NCBI GenBank assembly: GCA_964016885.1
Contig: OZ024743.1
Span: forward strand, 336,102,001 to 336,166,000
Length of the DNA stretch: 64,000 nt
From: Eledone cirrhosa
Lineage: Eukaryota
Direction: 5' to 3'
In this document: one piece after another, positions 45,230 through 64,000 of the stretch
Layout: each line of letters opens with the position of its first letter
Numbering within the stretch: position 1 is the first letter of the stretch
The notes under the pieces: generated by a model
The model's database searches: none
The model's input: only the letters and a program-made list of their open reading frames with translations
Told to the model about the DNA's origin: nothing
Made by a program: the position numbers and the translations under genes

Positions 45230-45768
45230 CATATATATGTATATGTGTGTATGTATATATATGTATATATATATGTATGTGTAGGGGGTGCGCGTGTGTG
45301 TGGTTGTCAGTGTGTGTGTTTGTGAATGTGTCTGTTGACATTTGGAATATAGCTTAAGAGAAATTTGAAGATAATTGTTTGATAGGCACTCAATATTTTG
45401 AACTCTGGTCTATAGAATTCTCTAGGCCTTTGTCACTCGAAGTAGAACCTTAAAGAATTAGATTTTAAAGAATTTCCCTTTCCTTTAAATCCATCAACCA
45501 TGACTGACCCCCAACGATCTTATAGACACCTGAAATATAGGCATTGTTAGCTTAAGAGAAACTTAAAAATAAGGAATGACACCCCATTCTGAACTTGTTT
45601 ATAGAATTCTTTCTGGCTTTGTTACTCTAAATATAAACTATAGCTTTAAAGAATTAGCTTTTAATGAATTCCCTTTTCTATCAACCAATGACCTTTACCC
45701 ATCCCACTCCCTACCCTCTCCTACCACCCGAAGAGGCCTATAATTACCATATTTATTTTTTGATACCT

Positions 45769-45821
45769 AGATTCCTGATGATTTTTTTAAAGAATGAAAC
45801 AGTTCTAGTCCTGTAGAATCT
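45769..45821 (+). ncRNA. Hammerhead ribozyme
   Basis: agattc-CTGATGA-ttttt..agaat-GAAA-cag-ttctagtc-ctg-TA-gaatct. Confidence 0.7.
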
Positions 45822-45896
45822 CATCTATATTAAAACTGTTATATTATGCTATGTATTGAGTACCTTACTTACTGTGGTTACCTCCGATTCAACCCG

Positions 45897-45944
<48 letters not shown>

Positions 45945-48899
45945 CTTTTGTAATTTCTCATATCCTCTATCGTTTTCCATCTACTTTCTCTATTTTGAAT
46001 TTTACATATCTTTTGGTTTCTATTGTGCAAAGCAAACAAAAAGAAAACTAATGTTGAAATGTTACAAGAAAACTATTGCTGAAGCCGTACAACACTGCAA
46101 GTGATACAATATTATTATTTGCCTTTGGCGTTGTCTTTAGCGTTTCCCCAGATAAAAACAATACTTACACTTACTTGCCAAAAGGCATCATGATCATTCA
46201 TGAACTATCTACCTATTCATAATTTGGTTAGTGTTACTGTTACTGCTTTCACGCTATTTTCGTTACTCGCATACGAATTATCAGGAGAGAAGGATCTAGA
46301 GGAAAAGAGGAATGGATGTTTAATTTTAGATTTAAGTTTTTAGATGCTAATCTTTAGCTTGAACTCATTGGAATGCTAATCTTTTACTTCAATATTTTAC
46401 AAAAATTTGAATTTCGAAGTGTGAAACAAAAGTTGCGAATTACCATAAAAGCTTGATAATTTCAACATCCAGCAGTCGACATTTCAAAGCTATATATTCT
46501 GAATTCAAATCCCGATGTCAAATTTAACTTTCATCTCTCCGGAGTCTATTTCATCGACTAAAAAACCATTTCTCCACATTCCTGACCTTGTATATGTGTT
46601 AGAAAACGATTCTATATTATCCGCTGCGGGTGGTACTATTGTCACCATTGCAGATATTATTGTTATTATTATGGCGGTGGGTTGGCAGTATCAGGAGAGG
46701 GTCGGACGCCATGTTTTGACGCATAGAATTAAGGCCCTTTCCATTCTGAGTTCAAATCCCGCCAAGCTTAACTTTGCCTTTCATTTCATCCTTACGGGGT
46801 TGATAAAATAAAGTACCAGTAATGCACTGGGTAATTGCTGGCCTTGTGCCAAAAGTAGAAACAATTATTATCATTGGCAGATTAGCAATATCGGTAGAGC
46901 GTCCTTTTACGTTCTGAATTCAAATGCCACCGAGGATGCCTTTGTGTTGCATCCCTACAGTTTCGATAAAATAAATTACCAATAACGCACGGACGTCGAT
47001 ATAATCGATCACCCACCACCACCACCACCACCACCACCACAAACAAAAATTGTAGGCTTCGTGCCTAGCTTAGAAACTATAATTACTATTGCTGGTGGTG
47101 ATGGTTCTGCTTGTGTTTAACCATAGTTATGATCGAACAGATATCTATTTAAAGTTTTTTCAACCATCTTTCACTCAGGCGCAATATATCTATAACTGCA
47201 TTGTCTGATACGTCCTTCATTTTTCTCAATTCGATGGAATGTAACATATGGTTGTTACATTCCATCGGTTGCTATTTCCAGCAGGTCAGCGTATATACTT
47301 AGATGCATCATGTCATTGCAAAAAGTTAAATTAAATAGGACATTATCCATCATACTTCACTAAACATTTAAAAGCCCCCAAATCCGCTAAAAGCTGTTTT
47401 ATGTGAACTAAAACAAAAACTGAATCCCTACAGTCTGGGTTCCAATCAAGCTAAGATCCAGTTTGTCTTTCATTTGCGCAAATCTGGTTAATAAAGCACC
47501 AATTTAAGTTGAGAGACAGGTGAAGTTGTTACAACCTCGAATAGGATGCTGGGGCTGACTTTAATCGAAGACCTGATCTGTTAAAAGTACATGGGACAGG
47601 TATCTGGTTTCAAATTACATACTTACTTCCCTTCCATAAGTCTTGACTAATTTAAAAAAAACCTATGGAATTTCAACTGAGATTGTAACTTTTAATTCCA
47701 AGTCTAAAGTCTGTTTCGGTCCCGGAGGTTCGTCATGCCGGTGCTTATCACGGTCTCAGTTGCGTGACGCGACTGAGAGTACAAAGCTCACCTCTTCTGC
47801 ACCTGACTCCAGTCCATTGCAGGGTTAAACCCTCAGTTATTGCTGGTACTCATTTTCAGCTGAGTATATTGGAGCAACGTGAATTGAAGTGTTTTGCTCA
47901 AGAACACAACACATAACCCAGTCCAGGAATCGAACCCATGACATTATGATCATTCCAACACTATTACCACTAGACCACACGCCTCCTTTTAATTGATATG
48001 ATGACATATTTCAGTTTAAATAACCACGTATCTGCTTTTAACACGTGTTTGCTTTTTTTATTTTCAAAAACCATAAGTATTCACTGGTGAGATAAAAAAT
48101 AGGACGAACGGATAACATTTTGTTTTTCCGTTGTCATTTTATTCACAAGATAACAAACGTAGTTTGGTTTAGTTTGAATGTCAAAGTTTTCTCAGCAGCT
48201 TGACGTCTAATCATTTGAAAAAATCTTAGTCATAATCAAGTTACTAGTATAACTGCCTCTTATATTTCTATTAGTTTTGCTTCTTATTCTTATTCTTATT
48301 CTTATTCTTGTTCTTGCTCTTGTTATTCTTCCTTATCTAGTTCACCTTCTTGCTATTTTTTTCTTTTTACCGACAATTTCTTAGATCGAATTCTTTTTAC
48401 AGACAACATATGACAGCTATGGGCGTCGGTTCAGATTCGTCACAAATATGTCAGTTATAACATCATACTATAAAGATCTCCATTTTCCTTTTCTAATGCC
48501 ATCTTTCACAAATGATAACTTTGTTTCATTCGATGTTCTTTCAACAGATGTTATATCTACCTTTGCATATATATATATATATATATACATACCATATATA
48601 TATATATGCTTGATTATATATATATATATATATAGTGGTGGAACACTGGAAGGTAATATCCGTAGTGGTAGAGCACTCAGTCCAAGGGACGAGTTAGGTA
48701 GAAGTGGTTACACAACAGTTAGTTCACCATAACGAGAACAATTGTTTCACCTTCGCTCGAGATGTGTATGGTTATAGGAACAGGAAGGACAACCGTACGA
48801 ACGCGCATGCGCAGAGACTCGGTCACTTCACACAGGCAATACTAGACTGCGTGCGGGAGGTGTAAGGGAGATAACTGCGAAAGTCCGGAACGTTTTTAG

Positions 48900-49540
48900 G
48901 TTGAAAATAAAATAAAAAAATTAAAAATTAAATTACAAAGAATCAGTCCGGAGCCTTGTAGTTATGCAATAGAGGTTTGGTGACGTGTGAACAACGTGTG
49001 AAAAATTCACTTCTCGTGTTTAGGCAATCACTATTGCATAATCTCTTTAGGATAGTTATTCGTTCGTCAATACATAAGGCACACGTCGAATTTCCCCTTG
49101 CATATGGCTTGAACTTAGTGATGGCTTTCCATTGAATGGAGTAGCCTATACTTGAGTCCTTGAGGGGCCATACGTGGCTCGCGAGTCTCGTGGATGAACG
49201 TCTGTCCGGGTATCTGAAGGTAGACTGGTGGTTCAGGAAACGCTCCTTGAATCGGCTCTCCGCCATGCCCACATAGGATTTGACCTCCTATGGTTCGTTT
49301 GGTTGGTTGGTTGGAAGTGACCACAGCTTCATAGATTACAGCTGGTGTGTTGCATTGCTGTTGAAGGGGACAAGTTTCAGGATTACTGCAAGAGCACCCT
49401 GGTGGGGTGTTGCTCCTAGGGCTGCTAGTGATGTGGGCCTTCATGTTCTTAGCACAGGAGTATCCTAGTTTAACTTTGTGTCGGTTAAAGATGGGCGGTA
49501 TTTATGACCTATAGGGAAGTGTCTATCTAAGAGGGCTAGA
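48900..49540 (-). mobile_element. PLE GIY-YIG fragment
   Basis: CSCSNPETCPLQQQC..AVIYEA; YVGMAESRFKERF..H; CALCIDE; LNTRSE. Confidence 0.85.
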
Positions 49541-49892
49541 AATTTGTTTGTATCCTGTTAGCAGTTAGTCGAATCTGCCAAGCTTCTTTGCGGTCTTTAG
49601 AATGTTGTGCTTTCTTTCTCCGGGCCTCTGAAGAGAATCTTCTATATAATGATATAAAGTATTTCGGAGGAAATGTAAGAGATATTAAATACCACACATA
49701 CTTCAACATTGAAACTACTATAAAATCTATTGGAAGTTCAATCAGTAATGTTGTTACAACAGACCATTTATTAGAATAAACATTATATACACACCTATGT
49801 GTAATGTAGTTCTGCAAATATCATAATCAAAGAACGCTGTTTCTCCTCTCTGTAACACATTTTCACCTTTCTTTTTATAATTTCATTGAAAA

Positions 49893-50039
<147 letters not shown>

Positions 50040-50051
50040 GAGAGAGAGATA

Positions 50052-53000
50052 TTTCGTTTCTGGATTTGTTTAGCAAGATTCTTTATCTGAAAACGTGTGT
50101 TGAAACCGATATTGTTATACTTTGGGAGGGTCATGTTGCCAATAAGAAACACACGCACCAGTTGCTTTCACTTCAATTTATTATAATAAATTTATAAATT
50201 TCTGGTTGGTTGGTTGGTTCCACAACCAGATGATTGTTTATATATTGTCAAAGTTCTTTCGTCACACATTATGTGACCTCTTCAGTGACTGGGGATTCTT
50301 TTCTTTGTTTTTGTGCCTCTCCTTTGTTCTGTCCTACGCCATCTTGTTTTTGTGTGTGTGTGTTGTGTGCTTAGTTTGCGCATGTGTTACATCCGGGTGT
50401 CTGTGTGTGTTTATATTCGTTTATTTATTTGTTTATTTACATGTTACTGGTTGGTTGTTTGTTCTATATGCGTGTGTGTTTTCATTTTGTCCTTAATTGT
50501 AAGATGTGATGTTGCTGTTCCACTCATGTTTTCTATTTAATTTTGGTTGGAGTTCATTTATGTTTATTGCCTCTGTGATCTGTCTAAACATTGCGTCTTT
50601 TCTGTGTGTAGATTCTATTTTTATTTCTATGTTCTCTAATTTACCCTTATGTTCTATTTTAGCATGTTGGTAGAGTACAGATGATTCTTTACTATCTTGA
50701 AGGTCTCGCCAGTGTTCATATATCCGTTCCCCTATACTACGAGCTGTCTCACCTATGTACACTATATTGTTATCTCTACATTTTCCTTCAGTACATCTTA
50801 TGCTATATACCACATTTCTTGTTTTACAGTTAATATGAGGGCTTAATTTACAGATTATACATTTCTTCTCTATACAGGGAGGTCTTTGAAAAGGGTATGT
50901 ATTGCTAATAAGTCTTTTTATGGAGGTACCTGGTCTTTCTACTATCTTAACATTGAGTTTATATTTATCTAGGGCCCTTCTAAATTTGTAAGCTAATTCA
51001 CCTCTAGGGGTTGTATCGATGAACATTACACTCTGGTATTTATTGCTATCATACCATGAGTTTATTCTATTAGCCTTATTCCTAGTTCTTTCTATTCTAT
51101 TCCAAAAGTTGCTCCTATACAAGGGGCAGGTCCCATTTGTGTCGTTATTTACCATTTTTTTCCATTTGGTTCTGGCTCCTCTATATACTCTGATTTTATC
51201 TCTCTGATTGTAACCAGAGAACTGCATACGGTGGATGAAGTGTTGTATGTGTCTCTCTAGTTCATCGGAGTTGCACATGCGGGACACGTTTCTCATCACC
51301 CGTACCAAATCCGCAATCAGTATGTTGATTTTGGTATAGTCCGAAACAGCTGAGTTTCGGTGGATCAGGTATTTGGAAGTCATGGGTTTGTCATAATGGG
51401 AATGGAGGATTTGTTTTTTCTTATTGATGGTATCTAACCAGAGCTCTGTGTCTAGTGCAGGTAATCGATGGTTGGGGTATTTGCTTGGGTAGTCTATAGT
51501 GACTCTAATACTCTGTGGATGGAGTTAGTTATTTGCTGGATGCTTCCCATTGTGTTTTTCTCTAACTCCTGACTGTTCTCTAGTGGGGGTGTTTTAACTA
51601 CGATGTTTATATCATCAACGTAGCGGGAGTACATTATCAGGTTTAAGGGGTCTTCTAATTGTTCTTTAAGTTTAAGTCTACTGTCCCACCATACCATGAA
51701 TAGATTAGCTATGTCGCCTGCAATGCTAACACAAATGGCTGCTCCCTCCTCTTGGGCATATGTTTTTACGTTAAATTTGAACATATGTTCCATAAGGGTT
51801 AATTTTATGCAGGCCCCCACCGCATGTGCAATCATTTTCTTTACTTCATCGTGGTTTTCGGGGGTCCGTATGGCTCTGGTCCACCCGTTCCATCTATCTG
51901 TGTGGGTTTTCTTGGCCATTGAGGTAATGGTAGGTGGTCTGCCTCTTGCTGGTCTTGTAGGGCACAGGTTGCTAAAGCCATATGTATCTAGATAATTATT
52001 ACTATATGTAAGTTTAAGTAGGAGTCCCAGCTCACCGGTATCAATCCCACGGAATTCAACATTGCCCTCACTGATCATTTCTACGCATTTCTCCACAGCA
52101 AAATCCACGTCAATAGATGGATACAGGGACACAACATCCATACTACATATTATGCAGTTTGTTAGGTCCCTAGATCGGTTACTCTCGCCGATTCTGCTGA
52201 GGAGGTCCTCCGTGCTGTCACATACATCTGGGGACATTTCAATGATGGGGCGTATGATCAGGGAGAGGAAGTATGAAAGTCTGTAGTTACTAGCAATGTT
52301 AGCTCCACAGACTGCCCGTGTTGGTGGACCTGTGACAGGGTCACTGCTCGTTTTATGGTCTTTTCGAAGCCCATACAACGCTGACACGTCATTGTTCCAG
52401 GCCTGGAAGTTGTTGGTAGTTCTTTTGTTGGGCAGAATTATATTTGTCCACATCATCATATAGGCATTGAGGGCTTTTTCCCTATCCTCATGCTCTTGTG
52501 GTGTTACTACTCTTATGTTAGTGATGTGGGGTTGCATAGCCTGGATGTAGTTTCCGACATTCTGCCAGACCTGTCTGTTGGAAAGCATGCTGTCTCTCCA
52601 TTACGCGAGCGCTGCATGAGCTTACGCAAGCCATTAACAGATTTTTCTCCCAGTTGCTGGGCCTCCATTCTATTATGCTTCTTGCTATACTGTTCTATAA
52701 TATTTTTAAGTTTAGATCTAGCTATACTAAATTGTGCTTCTGTTTGTTCATCGACCTGCGATGGCAATTGCGTGCGTTTGTTAAAAGCTAAAGTCTTGGA
52801 CTCGTCGCAGGTCGAACGACTTATCGGAAGGATTATAAAACGTAGAGTTCCAGGCTGCTGCTTTATGTGTACTAGTGCTATTGTTATTGTTAGTTGTGTT
52901 GTTTCTATTTCTATTTCCAGCAACAGCCTCGTGGTTGTTTCTATGTCTCTCATTATTACTCCTGTCTCTTTCCTCTGGCTCATTGTTATTATCTACTCTA

Positions 53001-53935
53001 TTTTGTGTGTCTGTGTGTTCGTCCTGATTATTTTCTCTGTCCATAGTCTCCCTTCTCCTTTGAATCCTATTACCTTCCCTTATTTCTGTGCTACTGTCAT
53101 TAACTGTTTTCTGTGTCTGTGTGTTTGTTAAGATTGTGGTGGTGGTGAGAGGCATTGAATGTGTATGTGTTGTTGTTGTTGTTGTTGTTGATGTGTGTTG
53201 TTATTGATGTGTGTTGTTGTTGTTGTTGTCTCCGTGTATGTTATTATTGTTGTTTGTGTCTGCGTGTCTGTTGTTGTTGTTTCTGAGTATGTTATTATTG
53301 TTGATGTGTGTGTTGTTGTTATTGTTGTTTGTGTCTGTGTGTCTGTTTTTGTTGGGATGTGTGTTGTATATGTGTGTGCGTATGTTGTTACTTTTGTTTT
53401 TGTTTTTGAGGCTCCAACGTAATATTGTAAATGATTTTTCTATTTCTGACAAACATTTAATCATATTTACCTTATTAAATGTGGCATACTTAGGTGGCAG
53501 TTGTAATACTGATAATTCATCAGAGTCGACCGTAGTGTTGCCGTATATATTTGTGTTGTTGTTGTTGAATTCATCTGTTAATGAGATGTCGGCCATATTT
53601 ATACCTTCAAAACGAATATAAACACACACAGACACCCTGATGTAACACATGCGCAAACTAAGCACACAACACACACACAAAAACAAGATGGCGTAGGACA
53701 GAACAAAGGAGAGGCACAAAAACAAAGAAAAGAATCCCCAGTCACTGAAGAGGTCACATAATGTGTGACGAAAGAACTTTGACAATATATAAACAATCAT
53801 CTGGTTGTGGAACCAACCAACCAACCAGAAATTTATAAATTCCTAAATTTATAAATTTATTATAATAAATTGAAGTGAAAGCAACTGGTGCATGTGTTTC
53901 TTATTGGCAACATGACCCTCCCAAAGTATAACAAT
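50052..53935 (-). mobile_element. Naiad-like PLE, frameshifted, with inverted 3'-repeat copy (53610-53935) at its 5' end
   Basis: LYGLRKDHK, SMDVVSLYPSI, IANLFMVWWD, RYVDD, DKPMTSK, MQFSGY, NVVYSIRC..YIGETARSIGER..EH across ORFs 51494-52588 and 50493-51383. Confidence 0.9.
50247..50289 (-). ncRNA. Minimal hammerhead ribozyme in PLE terminal repeat (mirror copy at 53741-53783, +)
   Basis: gtca-CTGAAGA-g-gtcaca..tgtgac-GAAA-gaac-TT-tgac. Confidence 0.8.
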
Positions 53936-53951
53936 ATATATATATATATAT

Positions 53952-54247
<296 letters not shown>

Positions 54248-55216
54248 CTTCTCTCTCTCTATCTATCTATCTATCTCCCCTCTCTCTCTACCTTACTTTA
54301 AAATTTACAATCTCATGTTCTTTCAGATTCATCTCTTTCTCCTCTAATATTCTATTGTCTCTCCCTCTCTATTTCTGTTTTAGTCGCTCATTCCCTGTTT
54401 CTCACATCCTCTCTCTTCCACTCTCAAAACCTCTCTGACCTTCTCTGCAGAATGGAGAAAGAGAGGCAATTCAAAAATAAAAATAGTTAGATTGTTTTTA
54501 TTTGAATACGGAAAAATAAGTACAATTGATATTTGGTGATGGTCATGTTTCCCGTCTTGGCAATAAAAGAAACATACGCACCATGTGATTTTCACTTTTT
54601 CACTTTATCTTTATTACTAGTTATTCGTTATATCATCATGGTTCTTTCGTCATACATTCTGTGACATCATCAAGGACTCTCTGTTTCTATGGTGCCTCCT
54701 CTTCGTTGTCGTTTTAATCTGTAACTCTATCTTGTTTTTCGCTTCATATCAAGAATTATGCAAAACAAGTACAGAAAGTGAAACAGAATTGAATTTAATG
54801 TAAATTACTGCTTTATACATCAACATAAATGCTACCATTATTCCGGTGGAATAAGGAACAAGGAAATGTTTTGTGGGGATTCGTTCTCTAATTTCTGGGT
54901 ACAGCTTTTATATGCATAGCAACAACTTGTCTTTATAATACTAATTGGTTCAACTAGTTTAACTTCTCTATTGTTATCTCCCCGAGGAAATATATTTATA
55001 ACTAACCGTTATAAGGAAAAGCTATTCTAGTATTGTCCACAACCTGTTATACCTTTCTGCATCAAATTATGTTTAAAGATAAATAGATAACATATACATA
55101 CATATATACCTATATTTTTAGCATATGTATATATATATATACATATTTATGTGTAAGCGTATGGATATATGTGTGTGTGAGCCTATACACACACAGACAT
55201 ATACATACATATATAT

Positions 55217-55366
<150 letters not shown>

Positions 55367-55731
55367 GCGTGTATATGTATGTATATGCCTGTGTGTGTGT
55401 ATATATATATAGAGAGAGGGGGTGAAACTGGAAATAGCGCGGAAAATATATTTAAGGATCTGTTTCTCTTTTTTCCTTTCTTTGATTCGTCAAAGTGATA
55501 TTTTTGAAAAAATGAGAGGGGCAATTCTTTTTTAAAAAGTTTCATAATATATATAAAGTATTACCGATTATTAACTTCTCATCAAATGTTGAGTATTATA
55601 ATTAAAAAGAATTAATAAGAATTGAAAATTAAAAATTAAAGATTTAAAAGCGTTTAGGCAAGTTTTTTCATCTTCCTTATTAAGAAGGAAACTGAAAAAA
55701 TGAAATCTTGTACATATATATATATACATAT

Positions 55732-56873
55732 ATCATTATCTATAAAAGGCAGATTGTTGTTGTTGTGTGTGTGTGCATGTTCCATGTTTATACATTTGCA
55801 CAATTTCAGACCAATTCGACTCAAAGTCTGTAATAATGTTGGAAATGGTCAAACTCAGGTCACCCACTATTTATTTCATCCAAACTCACCCACAATTACG
55901 GAAATAATCAATAAAACTAAATACATGACGCTTTACCCCTCTAATTCAATCAGCTGCCCTCTCTCTACTCCCTTAACATTCGAGAGAGAGAGTGAGAGGG
56001 AGAGAGAGAGATAACGTTTGTTTTTGATATACGATTAAACTTACAAACTTCCTTTAGGAACGTTGAAGAGAGAGGGGTGAGAGGGAGAGAGAGAGAGACC
56101 GTTTGTTTTTTAATGTGGAATGGTCAAACAATTATTTACTTCAATGACAAAGAGAAATTATTACATTTCATACGAAACAACAATTATTCAAAAGCAACAG
56201 ATACATTTATTCAACAACAACAAAAATAGCGATAAATCTTTTTTAAAACCTCTCAACGAACGTGGAAGAAAGAAGTATCAGTTTATTTACTATACACAAT
56301 AATATCCTCTATGAGGTCACTAAACCTGCTAGAAATAGCACCTAACTCTTCCCCATATCACACCCCTCCCTACTGTTTTAAATTTAGAAAACATATCCTC
56401 TATGAGGTCACTAAACCTGCTAGAAACAGCAGCTAACTCTCCCCCATATCACACCACTCCCTACTCTCTTAAATTTAGAAAACATATCCTCTATGAGGTC
56501 ACTAAACCTGCTAGAAACAGCAGCTAACTCTCCCCCATATCACACCCCTCCCTACTGTCTTACATTTAGAAAACACACATTAGACAACCATGCAGAACAA
56601 CTCCATCGCAGCTCTGTTGTTCGGCTGGCATCGTCTACACGCTTGTTGCGCAAGTACTGTGAAACAATACATTTCATCACTTCTTTGCACAGAGATAATA
56701 TCCATAGGCGAAACTACAATTGTCACTGGTGGCGCAGCTCCTGCTTCGGCAGTCCAGGTCTGCAATTCATTCACTCAGTGCCTGGTAGACAAAAAAGTGC
56801 TGCCATAAAATGGGTGGTGCAACCTAACTTTGGTAACTTACTGACCCCGAGCAACGCGGGGCTTTAATGCTAG
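55732..56873 (+). mobile_element. Non-autonomous Helitron-like element containing a 91-bp x3 tandem repeat (56302-56575)
   Basis: 5' tc..tctataaaaggcaga followed by a microsatellite; 3' ccccg..cgggg hairpin then CTAG. Confidence 0.75.
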
Positions 56874-56877
56874 TATA

Positions 56878-58455
<1,578 letters not shown>

Positions 58456-58479
58456 ACACACACACACATATATATATTT

Positions 58480-58961
58480 ATATTTGAAAAAGAGGAAAAG
58501 AATGACTTCACTTGTAGTGTTAAAATATTTTTTTTCGATTTAATGTTATGTAATATTATAATATTATGAGTTGGTAGATCCAGTAAGTTCTTTGTTAACT
58601 TCGGTGGAAAGAACTTTAGAGATTCCTGGTTAACTTGGGTTGGAGAACTTTCTCGCATTCGTCTGTCTGTGGCAATTGTCAAACTGAGATCAGTCACACA
58701 TTTCAACACAACCTTATCTCAGTTTGACAATCGCCACAGACAGACGAATGCGAGAAAGTTCTCCAACCCAAGTTAACCAGGAATCTCTAAAGTTCTTTCC
58801 ACATAAGTTAACAAAGAACTTACTGGATCTACCAACTCATAATATTATAATATTATATTATAACATTAAATCATTAAAAAAATGTTAACACTACAAGTGA
58901 AGTCATTCTTTTTCTTTTTTCAAATATACCTAACTGTACCAAGGATCTCACACATTTTCCA

Positions 58962-58962
<1 letters not shown>
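58480..58962. mobile_element. Fold-back element (about 210-220-bp arms, 25-bp spacer, about 35-bp extension) between microsatellites
   Basis: 58480-58690 is the reverse complement of 58716-58927. Confidence 0.85.
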
Positions 58963-58995
<33 letters not shown>

Positions 58996-59027
58996 ATGTG
59001 TGTGTATGAGAGAGTGTGTGTGTGAGT

Positions 59028-59060
<33 letters not shown>

Positions 59061-59277
59061 TCTGTGTGTGACTAATGGTAGCTAAGATACTTCCATAGGC
59101 GGTATGCTGGTTGAGCACTCTATGCTCCTACGAAATCAATAGACGTGTCCGAGGAACCTGCGAGTCTAGAGTCAGGTAGATCCACACACGGATCGCACCT
59201 CGAGCTGTTCGCCGGGGAAACAATTGTAACACAGAATAAATTCACTTCCGATGCATCACTGACTTTTCGTTTTCTAT

Positions 59278-63746
<4,469 letters not shown>

Positions 63747-64000
63747 GTGTTGGGTACCATGCGGTTTCAGCAACGAAGTCGTCTGTATAATTAATGATTA
63801 ATATTTACTTTTGTTCCAAGGAATATTCCCTCGGGGATAATACAAGTATTTCCAATATTGGTTATTTCAATTATTTAGAATGTCTAGAATTGTTTCTTAT
63901 GTTTCTGAAACCATGGTAGGGAAACGTTCATATGAGTGAGACTAACTTATTTTAGTCTGTCTGTCTTATACGCCCTCGAATGGACGTCGAGCGGTTCGTG

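Noticed and set aside
50493-52588. Selenoprotein recoding as reported for some Naiad PLEs
   Set aside because: The ORF breaks are frameshifts, not in-frame TGA, and the linker and endonuclease cysteines read as ordinary Cys.
63826-63923. HHR-like remnants (ttccc...GAAAccatggTAgggaa; also at about 2060-2100, 48735-48765, 54635-54675, 54980-55030)
   Set aside because: The catalytic core or stems are too degenerate to call.

Overview
AT-rich, microsatellite-dense eukaryotic DNA with no recognisable host gene. The SINE families and (TA)n/(CA)n/(TATG)n tracts suggest an octopus or other cephalopod (inference). The window is almost entirely transposon-derived. It holds at least nine Penelope-like element (PLE; RT plus GIY-YIG) copies or fragments, including one near-intact copy at 40.7-44.9 kb and a Naiad-like copy at 50-54 kb. 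It also holds several RTE-clade LINEs (one with a twin-priming 5' inversion), an R4/Dong-like LINE remnant, two Helitron-like elements, and many CORE- and Meta-type SINEs. The most striking signal, read by eye, is about 28 type-I hammerhead ribozyme (HHR) cores (stem I-CUGANGA-stem II-GAAA-palindromic stem III-UH-stem I'), some degenerate. They lie in PLE terminal repeats and in ORF-less elements inserted into (TA)n tracts. These ORF-less elements occur as tandem 525-560 bp units (retrozyme-like) or as fold-back palindromes with family-fixed outer ends and variable turning points. All folds and coordinates were determined manually and are approximate; no searches were run.
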